A stretch of 63,676 nt of DNA, counting the filler, from Basidiobolus ranarum (lineage: Eukaryota), in NCBI GenBank assembly GCA_040143965.1. It is 22 parts of 22 records of this genome, joined end to end, with 100 filler letters (N's around TTAATTAATTAA, not from the genome) between each part and the next. Parts side by side here need not be neighbours in the genome. Positions count along the whole stretch, not along the records: positions 52,227 to 55,017 come from JASJQH010009854.1; positions 55,118 to 57,905 come from JASJQH010009855.1; positions 58,006 to 60,791 come from JASJQH010009856.1; positions 60,892 to 63,676 come from JASJQH010009857.1; 18 more parts are not named here. The stretch is one strand, 5' to 3'. Under the pieces are notes generated by a model. That model had not been told where the DNA came from. It worked only from the letters and a program-made list of their open reading frames with translations, and did not search any database. Position numbers and translations under genes: made by a program. Positions within the stretch are counted from its first letter, which is position 1; every line of letters begins with the position of its first letter. This document shows, in pieces, positions 53,511 to 63,676 of the stretch.

Positions 53511-55017
53511 ATGTGCAAGGTGTTCTTTTTTGTACAATATCCTTCTCATGCTGCAATACCAACATTTAAAGAAGCCCCACTATTATTTCCCAAATTCTTG
53601 TGCTATGAAAGAAGGAGGCTTCATAGAAAAAGTAATCAAAAGCACAGTCACTGTACAAAGCCACCAGCTGCACATAGCCTGGTGTATAACAACAGTAATA
53701 AGTGCACTAAATCAACTTTAGTATTGCCCATTGAGTCCACTGACTGTAGTTTGTCTCAAAGTTTTGGTAACACTATCAAAAGTCAAGATACTGTGGAGTT
53801 ACCACATTTATAAGACCAAGATGATGTAGGTCAAAATGCAACTTTGGTCAAACCAGTAAGTCCAGACAAATTTGAGGACTTGCTGCTAGATGTGGACCTT
53901 GGTTATTCCAGTACCAATGGTAATATATCAGAAGTTGAAGAAGAAGATGATGGTTTTGTTATGGACTCTTTGTTATTGGCAAACATTAGTCCACTCATAA
54001 CACTTACTATAAAGGAAGCAGCTGTGATTACTGAGGAGTGGAGAGTTCAATCTAATCTTAGCAACCACAGGTTCATTGGCTTTCTTACACTTGCATCACA
54101 GTTGATTGGTACCTGTTGCTTGCCACAGACCTGACAAAAGTGGGAAGCATTTGTCAATAGTATGAGTTATAATCCTTCAGTAAATAAACTACCTTCATGT
54201 CCAAATGGTTGTTTGGCTTTCACCAGTGATCTGAAAAACCTGAAGTCATGTGCTGTTTGCACACAATTGGCAACCACTGAATCAGGTAAATATCATTCAT
54301 ATTTGGCCTACATACCATTGATTCCCCATCTTAAAGTTGTGACAAAATCACCCAAATATAGATCATTGCTCCAATACTAAAGTACTCACCATAAAGCTGA
54401 TGGTATGACTGATGTACATGATGGACATCACTACCAGAATCTGAAGAAGTCAAGGTTTCTTTGAGAACATGTATGATCATGCATTTGCATTGGCTCTGGA
54501 TGGTTTCTCACTAAACAAATATATCATTGGAAAGGCTTGCTGGCCAATAATTTTAATCAACTTAAATTTTCCTCCTTCTGAATGGTATAAGAGTCATAGT
54601 ATTTTGATATTATCCATCATATCTGGACCTAAATCACCAGTGCTTATAGACAGCTTCTTGGAGCCCTTGATTGTGGATTTTGAATGGTTATCTAATGGGG
54701 TTCAGATGGGTGAATATTTTATTAAAGCTAATATCATTGTATGTATTAGTGACACTCCTGCCACCAGTAAACTGGGAGGTTTTTGTGATTACAATGCACT
54801 ATCTTGCTGTAGATTTTGTCAAATCAATGGAGTTTACTCTAACAAGCATACACATTACTAATATCTAAATACAACACTAAACTTCATGATTTTACCATCA
54901 AGAGCCCAGCCAGATTTCAACATGATCACTGATATCAATTCACCAAATAGGCAGTGTAACATCAAACTTGGTATTAGCTGTAAGCCTAAGATTATTTTGC
55001 TAAAGGGGATCAGCTAG
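53511..55017 (+). mobile_element. CACTA/CMC (Tnp2, Transposase_21-like) transposase pseudogene
   Basis: CPNGCLAF...CAVC; DGF...CWPIILINLNFPP; ISGPKSP..IDSFLEPL; DTPA..KL.GF....CRFC. Confidence 0.88.
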
Positions 55018-55125
55018 NNNNNNNNNNNNNNNNNNNNNNNNNNNNNNNNNNNNNNNNNNNNTTAATTAATTAANNNNNNNNNNNNNNNNNNNNNNNNNNN
55101 NNNNNNNNNNNNNNNNNGCATACAA

Positions 55126-55198
55126 GGACTGGTAGCTCAGTGGTTAGAGCACCTTGCTAGAGTGAAGGAGGTCCCAGGTTCAATTCCTGGCCAGACCA
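55126..55198 (+). ncRNA. tRNA-like cloverleaf within LTR (anticodon position AGA); LTR ends at 55224
   Basis: GGACTGG TA GCTC AGTGGTTA GAGC A CCTTG CTAGAGT GAAGG AGGTC CCAGG TTCAATT CCTGG CCAGACC A. Confidence 0.8.
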
Positions 55199-55299
55199 AT
55201 ATTTCTCCCTAAATAATTTCAACATATATTAGAGTAAATGTGATTGAAATTGATCATGCCTGAGGGTGATGAATAGTGCCAAATTGTGCCACATAAATT

Positions 55300-56510
55300 T
55301 TAGAATACTTTATCCAATATGATATATACAGCACAATCTGGCACTATCACAGAGAACAAGTCCAATATTTCACAAAATATGGCAGCTTTTGTTCAGAGAA
55401 AAGCTCTGCACTTTACCTTTGGAGAACATTTAGTCTTATACAGATATATAGAGGAAATTGGGCCAGCTTTGTATATATGTTTGTCCCTAGAAATGATAAA
55501 ATTAATTTTTGTCATAAGTTATTTGGCCATATAGCACTTAAAGACCTTGTGCCATTATGAAAAAAGCTAGGTGGCCAAAACCTAAGAAATTCTTAGCTGA
55601 CAGGTTGAAATCTTTCCCAGAACACCAACTTGCAAGGCCTTATGATCAAAATTATGACTTTTTAGAATCCATTACTCCTCTTCCAGCCTTCTACAGCTGG
55701 GGAATTAACTTGATTGGTACACTAGCAGTAAGTGCAAATGAGAATGGCTGGATTAATACTTCTATCAATTGTACTACTAAGTGGATTGATGCAAAAGCAA
55801 TGCCTTCAGTCACTGCCAAAAATACAGCAATGTTTGTTTACTTAAAAATCTCCATGCAGCTTGATTGACCTGCAGAGATCTTTTCTGATAGAGAAGCCAA
55901 CTTTTTGAAGCAAACATTTAATGAGTAAATACAGTCAATGAGAGTCTAACATTTGAAAGCATCTGTATATCATCCAAGAACTAATAGAGTAACAGAATGA
56001 TTTAATGGACTCTTTGGACAAATGCTTGCAACATATGTCAAAGATGCTAAACACAAATGGAGGACCATATTCATCAAGCATTCATTGCTTCAAGAATCAG
56101 AATCTGCTCAGCAACTCAAGTATTTTTGTTCTTCTTAGTGTATGACTCTGAACCTAGAATTCCTGGTGATACCCTGCCATCATATATATGGGATGTAAAC
56201 CTTTCTGAAGGCTTAGCAGAATTTAGAATAAGAAAATTTGAAGGATTTATCTATACATGATTTATTACATGCAAAAATCTTCAGAAACAAGCAGAACTGA
56301 GGAATGAAAGACATGATCAGAAAATAACAAGAAAAATGCTAGATGCAAGTATATATATCCTGATCAGAAATGAAAATAGGGATAAGTTGGAACCTCACTG
56401 CCTAGCATCATGCATTAAAGTAAGAAATGTGCCATTCAACCCCTTTCAAATTGTAACATGGACTTGTGAAGTTAAAGAAGACAAAGTTCACAGAAAGACA
56501 TTTAAGTAAG
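55300..56510 (+). mobile_element. Decayed Ty3/gypsy-type integrase
   Basis: FYSWGINLIG, TKWIDAKA, YHPRTN..TE. Confidence 0.75.
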
Positions 56511-56849
56511 CCCAGCTCACAAACCCCCAACTCTGCCAACTAGATTCTGGTATTTTAAATCTGACTTGTAAGACAATTCTTCACCTTGAAATTTAAATCT
56601 AGCTTAAAGTAACAGTAAGGAACTATCAGTCAAGAGTTTAGTAATGATTTGGCTGGTAGTTCTGGAGACATATGCTTTTTTTTCTGTTTTGATGTTTGCA
56701 AGACATGTGGAGAAGGTATGAATATGGAACATGGTTGAGGTTTAGGTCTGCTTTTGCACTATAAATCTGCAAAATATCTAGTCAACTCAAAAATTATGTT
56801 TACCCAAAAATTGCCTTTGCTTTTTGTCTAATAATGCAACTTCATAACA

Positions 56850-57795
56850 TATCCCCATAATTAAATCAATTCTCCCTCTGAAGATAAACTGTTTTCATTT
56901 CACCAGTATGTGGACCTGTTCTGATCTGCTGGAGGTAGCTTGGCTTTAACAAGGTGCTCTTTGTGTGCTAGAGCTGGCTTGAGTGTATCTTTCCTATCCC
57001 TGAGCTGATTGGTGTTAAATTGACATTCTCAACAACTTCCCATGGGCCTTTCCACTAGGGTTCAAACTTTAACTTAGTTTTGTTATTGATGAGTATATAT
57101 TGGCTCTTTTGTAACTCTGAGTACTTTATGGCACTTTCAAAACAGTTTTCATATGCTTGGCTTATTCTTTTGACCACAATATGGCTACTGATCTGTGTTG
57201 CTTAGGTTTTTCCATACCTCTTGCTCTATATTCTGCTAGATTGTCTGAGTTCTTGAGATCCTGAAGGTTGCTTCTGATGGTAGCTCCAGCAAATATTGGG
57301 CATTGTGGCTACACCAACAAGAAGGGTGATTGACCAGTTGTGAGGTGGTATTAGATCTGACAGGCCAAGAGAGCTTGTTGTATTTATTGTTGCAACTTGT
57401 GTGTAGCTCCTTTGCACCACTTTGTGGGCATCCCACCAAAAAACTATTGAAGCTCTAAACTGCCCCATTAGTTCTTGGCTGATATGTTGAAGTTGCTGGA
57501 TGCTTAGTTCTTTGGAGCTCCAGATGGTGTTGTAGAGAGTCTGCCATGGAATTGGCTCCTCTGTTAGTCAGAATTTTGGTTAGGCATCCAAATTGTAAGA
57601 GTATCTCTGCACACATGAAGTGGACTACTTCTTGGTGGGTAGCATTCTTCAGGATATCTTACCATGATCAGTGCTAACTAATATCCACTGAAAACCAAGG
57701 TCAGTCTTTGCCCATGTTCCTTCAAAGGCATGTTTCAATCTTTGAAAAGGCCTAGTGGTAGGTAAAGATTCCATCTCAGAGGTTTCTTCTCTGGG
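56850..57795 (-). mobile_element. Decayed Ty3/gypsy-type integrase
   Basis: RPFQR, QFGCLTKILTNRG, GPY/F-like KL.P*WKGPW.V. Confidence 0.65.
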
Positions 57796-57905
57796 CCCTA
57801 ACAGAAATTTGAGGATTGTTATCGTAGGAAAACCGTCACAATTTTAATCCATTTGGGGTTGACCGTTTACTTACCGTCATAAAAACGTCAAGTTAGATTT
57901 GATTT
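57796..57905 (+). mobile_element. CACTA/CMC left terminus, CpG-intact copy
   Basis: CCCTAACAGAAATTTGAGGATTGTTATCGTAGGAAAACCGTC. Confidence 0.85.
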
Positions 57906-60008
57906 NNNNNNNNNNNNNNNNNNNNNNNNNNNNNNNNNNNNNNNNNNNNTTAATTAATTAANNNNNNNNNNNNNNNNNNNNNNNNNNNNNNNNNNNNNNN
58001 NNNNNGAAACCCAAGTGATGGAGTCGAGATAATAGGGATACTATGAATAGCCTAGTTTCAGATTATCTTGAAGGTCGCATAACAATAGGACAATCTATGA
58101 CTCTAGCATTGGCAATGGGGATTTAGAGTCAATCAAATACCTTTGAACCGGTCAAGACCGAGGCTTCAAGCTGATTGGGTAACTGATATGGTTAGGATTG
58201 CACTTACCTGATGCGTTTCTCACCCTCTGATTGGCCTCCCGGACTATATATAAGACATGTGCTTAAAATCAGTCTTCAGAGAAAATCAAACCAATGTTCT
58301 CTAGGGTAGAAAACTGGCCTAATGGTCAGGAAAGAAACCATATCTGCACCTAGACCACTCATACCAGAATTTCACATACACGAAAGCCTCCGTTTAGTCC
58401 AAACCGTGTTTGCATATCATAGCGACTCGACAGCAAGTAGAAAGATACTTGGCAAAAGCTGTAAGTCATTGATTCCGATAAAATAGATGGACAAGATGAA
58501 CAAACTACGTAATTTAATCAATCAAATCAGCCCAAAAAGGTTGGGCAATAGAAACCTGTCTGGTTGTATAACACTTAGGTGTGTGATAATGGCTCAGGTA
58601 AAGATTCGCGAATAGTCAGCAGTTAACTTAGCAAGTGTTTACTGGTTAATGATATCTGTTACGATTACAGCGATCTGAGTACGTTAAACTAGACGTTTTA
58701 GTTTTTTTTGTGGACATGTTTAAAATCTTACCTGTACTATGGGTATCTTACAGCGATAACTGAGGAGGAAGAGGGTTTGATTCTTGACTTTCCTTTTACC
58801 TGGGTTGTCTTGCTTTTGGGGCATAAATCGGTCAGGACGGATGCCTTTTTCTCTAAGCGAAGTTAAGATATAACGGAAATTAAGTACTGCTGCAAGGTCT
58901 CGGTTCTAAAGTCGTCTAATGCTACTGGCTGGTGTGGTCTTCAAACAATTTTGGTTTGCGTACCTATTCTTGATATTATATACCCTGATAACCAGTACAA
59001 CTCTACATCGGTAGTTGGAGTATATTGATCAAGAAGGATGTTACATGTCTGTTTCGCAAAGTTGTGTCAATCCCTAATAATGATTATAGTACACTATAGA
59101 ATTACTAATAGTACATACCCTGTTGATGCTTCACAGACAACTGGTACCTGCAGATTCTATACTGCTTTGGTTTATACGATCTATAAGATAAATCAACGTT
59201 CAAAGATTCATATACAGAATCCACGGACAGTTAAAATTTAGTGGTTTTTTGAATTATAAAAGCATGCCTAATTGGAAAGTGGTATTCATTTTAAGCTTGC
59301 TTAAGAGACTATCAATGTGTGGGTGAGGAATGGTGTTGGCTGCAAGTCTTCACCAACAAATCGGCAAAGCCATGAAAGCCCAAGATGTGACTATCTATTT
59401 TGCTATGGAATATAATACAATAGATTGAATGGAAAATCGTGGGTTATGGAAGCAAGTTTTTAACAATAAGCATTATTTCAAATTGGATAGGTACGGATGG
59501 ACCTATCATAGTGTATTACTTTTCCGCTCTATATTGAAGTTCCACCCCTATCTCAGTGGTTCAGATAAATATAGCGCTAGGAAGACGAGCTACATGAGCG
59601 CAACTGATGTCGATGATTTTCTTATGGCTCTGCAGCTTATGAAAGATATACCTTACTCATTTCATGCGCTTGTTCCAGTAGTTTGATTTTTATATATTAC
59701 ATACTGTACACACAGTGGCTTACAAATTCTGACGCAATGTCCTCATATCCTTATAGAAAGATCTGTAGCTCTGCAAGCTTATGATGTAGTGTTTTTCATG
59801 TGTTTTGGATCCGTATGTCACTGTGCCCAAGACCCAAACAAATGCTCAAAGAGTCAGTAAGTATCCTTTATGTACACAATGAACTTTAATTTAAATGGAG
59901 AGATATCAATGATATAAGAAAGTACTGGTCATGAGCAATGCAGATATATCGTAGTATATACATAAGGTATGATTGTTCAAAAGATGGATAAAGCCTAATC
60001 AACGACTA

Positions 60009-60764
60009 TTAAGCAAAACCTAGATTACTTACATCCATATAGGCTCCTGGGAATTTACTACTAACTGGAAGTCTAAGATCAAACGATTCAAACGCATCGA
60101 ATGCCTCTAGAACTCTCCTACAGTTTTCTTCTACACGATAGTGCCTTTGGCGACTATCTACGCGTGCAAACCCTTTATTACATACGATGCAATGATATGG
60201 CTTATCCCCGGTGTGCAAACGTACATGCCGTTGAAGGTCATGTTTTCGCGTGAATGCACGTTCGCAATGATTACATTGAAACGGCCTGGTGGTAGGGGCT
60301 GACATCGTTCTTTTTATTAAGTGTCGGTTGGAGGTTTTGGAGTCTTTCCTGATCGAGGATTTCCTTTTAGGAGACACTTGTTTGTCCTCTCCAATGGGCT
60401 GAACCATCTGGTAAGGCATAAAGCATTCAGACTCGAGTGTAGAAAAGTGTGGCGAAAGGTCAATTCCATCAGATTGAAGGCAGAAGGCAGAGTTCATAGC
60501 AAAATTTAAGGATTCAAACTGAGAGGGAATGCTACCCTGCATCAACTCTGGCGCTTCCGGGGAGGGAAGGTCGAACTCGTCACTGAGACTAATGATAGAT
60601 GGCGAAGAGGTACGCTCTTCAAAAGTAGAAAACACCTGCTGTTGGTGTGATTGTTGTAAACTGTCTGTAGAGACTCTCTCGTAAAGATATGCGGTATTCA
60701 TATCTGCAACCCAAGTATTGTCGGGCAAAAAGAAGGGCAAGCTCTCAGCTGGTAGATCTGTCAA
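60009..60764 (-). CDS. C2H2 zinc-finger transcription factor, 5'-partial
   Basis: FQCNHCERAFTRKHDLQRHVRLHTGDKPYHCIVCNKGFARVDSRQRH. Confidence 0.92.
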   Translation of the reverse strand: MTDLPAESLPFFLPDNTWVADMNTAYLYERVSTDSLQQSHQQQVFSTFEERTSSPSIISLSDEFDLPSPEAPELMQGSIPSQFESLNFAMNSAFCLQSDGIDLSPHFSTLESECFMPYQMVQPIGEDKQVSPKRKSSIRKDSKTSNRHLIKRTMSAPTTRPFQCNHCERAFTRKHDLQRHVRLHTGDKPYHCIVCNKGFARVDSRQRHYRVEENCRRVLEAFDAFESFDLRLPVSSKFPGAYMDVSNLGFA

Positions 60765-62572
60765 GAAATTGGATTTAATTCATTCAGATTTNNNNNNNNN
60801 NNNNNNNNNNNNNNNNNNNNNNNNNNNNNNNNNNNTTAATTAATTAANNNNNNNNNNNNNNNNNNNNNNNNNNNNNNNNNNNNNNNNNNNNAACTACTAT
60901 ATTGATGGAGAGGGTGGTCCTTACATTACTACATACGTGAACTTCTATCCAGGAGAGGGAGTATCGTTTATCTGGCATGACGATGTTCAATATTAGACTA
61001 CATTATAGATATATTTAGAAATCAGACGGCAAATCAGTGCGAGTTAAATAGTCATTATTAAATAACACACGCAAGCTTGTCTATTAGATACAAATAAATT
61101 TCGCTTGGTTTAAATGAGCTCGAGACAGTCTTAAACTATGTTCGGTTAAAATGAAAGTGATAACAGTTAGTATAATCTCAATATTGTTCATGAGAAGTAA
61201 ACCGTTCTTATTATGTGACACATAAACGCTAGTTAACCGAATAGCGTATCTATATCTAAAATAGGTAGCAATGGTGATTGATTTCAATCCATTAAACCGC
61301 TAGTAAATCCATTAAACCGCTAGTACATAGAAGATAGTGCGACCAGCTCGTACTTGGTAACATATTGATACCTGTGCTAACAACGTCAAAAGTCATAGCT
61401 ATCTTTCTTTGGTAATTCAATCAAATGGCGAAATTGCCGTTGATATTGCGGTGACTTCAGAAGTTTTGAAGCTCATCAGGGACTACGATTTTCCTATTAT
61501 TCACCTATTATTTTCCTTACCACTGATGGATAGACTGCTAGAAATGAAAACCTTAATTGGCCTCTTTCTCAAGTCCATATCTATAATAGGCAAGAGAAGG
61601 AACGAGGTGCCTTATACATAAAAGTGTTGGAGAATATATCGATCTAAAAAGTAGTTACTACATATGGGATACTGCTCTGGACCAAAATAGACCGATTAGA
61701 ATGGATTGTAACTTTATTTGGCAATCCATTTTGAAGTACGATCTCATGGATTGAATTGAATAATGGAAGTGACTGTATATACGAAGTAACCCATAGAGCT
61801 GGCATCATACTGTCAATAGTATTGGTCAATATTCAAAATCACCGTTGAAATTTTCTTAGTCTTACCTAGCGCCATTTTGATTTCTCTCTTATCTGACCAT
61901 GTAAGCTTCTCTGAAAAATCAATTGACTTCTGAATACATACTCTGCATTCTCTATTGGAAAATTTCGAACTTTTGGTCTAATCCATAGTGCATTGGGGGG
62001 TAGAATATTGATTTATTTACTTCATTACTGATTTACTATCTGACCTCCCTCGGTATGCTGTAAATACTGTGATATGATGGAACGATGCTTGGTTAAACCT
62101 CTGGTATTTTAGGTATTAGTAGGTGGAAACAACTTTTGATACTCCTACATTTGAAAAGTTACAAAAAGATATGTGGCATCCATAGGAGTACTGAAAAATC
62201 TTGTATTACTGATAAATATATGATCGGTATTACAGAAGTTTTGATTTGACATTTGGCGCTATATAACAGTAACAAAATGCTTACTTTGCAAATCTCATCA
62301 AATGCGCAATGGCCTTACTGGTCTTCTCCAGCTGCAAAAGGCTGCGTTCAGTATCTAGCTATCTGGAGCCTTAGACCTCAAAAATAGCTTCTTGTACCCA
62401 GAGAGTGTGGCCAAAAAAAAAGTTATTTTCAGAATATCAATGTACAAATATTGGAGTTCAAAACTACCCTACTGGCAGTGCTGAATGTAGATGTATGTTT
62501 AACAAAGAGTTCTAGAATTAGCTTCATAATGTCAGATATTTCTGCCTGAGTACTAATCAAACCGTATATTCC

Positions 62573-62902
62573 TGTAGAAATTAGCATTGCCTAAACACCT
62601 ATATAGTCACATACAGCTTAGTATTCAGTTATTCTATATTGAACTAAGACATTACCCATTATTCGTTATTGCAATTTACTTAGAAGTTCTCAGATATATA
62701 TATTTTTCAAATTTATGCTAGAAGCCCCAAACTTTGCACAAATCTTTCTAAGACCTTCCATATTATATTTTACACCTTAGTTTCTCTACATCTTGGCAAA
62801 ACTAAAAATATCAACTTTTAGCTCAATAATTCAAAAAGTGAAAACCACTGATTTCTCTAATTTACCAAACAACTTCCAGCAGGCTCCCAAAATACTTTAA
62901 CA
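62573..62902 (+). mobile_element. Copia solo LTR family A
   Basis: TGTAGAAATTAGC...TACTTTAACA, flanked by ATTCC/ATTAC (4/5 target-site duplication). Confidence 0.82.
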
Positions 62903-63676
62903 ATTACATGTGTAGGTAGGTTTGGCTGTAAATGCAGAATAATTGCTACTGCAAAACTGTATGTCAAAGGGACAAAACAAATAATGGTGCTATTGTAACT
63001 TGCTAGGCTCTTACTAGTTTGGTTTAAATTGGAAAAATATGTAGTGATAAAATGTATTCGAAGTGTCTTCTTTCCGCCTTGCTCTCATAGCATTTCTGCA
63101 AATGAGGTCAAGTTATATATTGTGCTAAATTTTTGGTCCATGTGTAACTATATTTCATCAGAGTTACAAAAACATTTAAAACAAGTGCCACAAAAGAAAC
63201 ATGTGGAAGGCAATAATAATGGTAAAATTTCACATGCCATTGATTCAACTGCTTTGACTTTATTCACCAACTTACCTATACACACTGAAGCTCCAGCCTT
63301 AGTAAGTGTGGTAAATGGATATTTCAATATATTTATATCTTTAGTTTTATCATATATATAGTGTTGAAATAAATATACTTGCCACTTAGTCATTCTATAT
63401 ATAACTAATACATTACTACTATTCTCAGTTGGGATTTTTTTGGAAGCTTAAAGATATATAAGTTTTTCAGTCTTTTCACACATGCATCTGGGACCTTCTT
63501 ATTCTTCATCTTTTCTTGTTTACCTCCTGACAAAACTATTAATGTCAACTTTCAACTTAATTAAAAACAAGTGAAAATCACCAAATATTCTAGTTCTCTA
63601 AACCACCTTGTATAAACTCCCAAGATGCTCTAATAACAAAAGATATTGTAGACAGCTGACACCAGAGATACATGTG

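Noticed and set aside
55126-55198. Functional tRNA-Ser(AGA) or suppressor tRNA
   Set aside because: No long variable arm, stem mismatches, anticodon varies between copies, embedded in an LTR
2812-60891. Regularly spaced TTAATTAATTAA within N runs as a CRISPR-like or biological repeat
   Set aside because: Artificial spacers with stops in all six frames; ORFs that contain X run into them
61286-61325. Perfect 20-bp direct duplication AATCCATTAAACCGCTAGTA
   Set aside because: Only two units with no spacer; ordinary slippage (as is the ATGAAACAAA repeat near 11261-11294)

Overview
This window is not one locus. It is 22 short contigs (2811 down to 2785 bp, sorted by length) joined by 21 artificial 100-nt spacers (44 N + TTAATTAATTAA + 44 N), so neighbours across spacers carry no synteny information. 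The DNA is eukaryotic: short GT-AG introns, fungal-type genes, AT-rich. An early-diverging fungus (Zoopagomycota/Mucoromycota-like) is my inference only. Roughly half the sequence is decayed, CpG-depleted, nested transposons: Ty1/copia, Ty3/gypsy and a CACTA/CMC-type DNA transposon with CCCTAACA termini. Host genes or fragments include an UNC-93-like MFS transporter, a SulP sulfate permease, a bacterial-like MFS transporter, an F-box/LRR protein, PTM1/GPR107, a CBS-PB1 (Mug70-like) C-terminus, a GT4-like glycosyltransferase, a C2H2 transcription factor and several pseudogenes. The strongest leads are: (1) a tandem array of secreted prepropeptides with an acidic pro-region and an Arg/Trp/Tyr-rich core; (2) a 282-bp LTR family carrying a complete tRNA-like cloverleaf; (3) an orphan ORF of about 500 aa with non-canonical class I terpene-synthase motifs.
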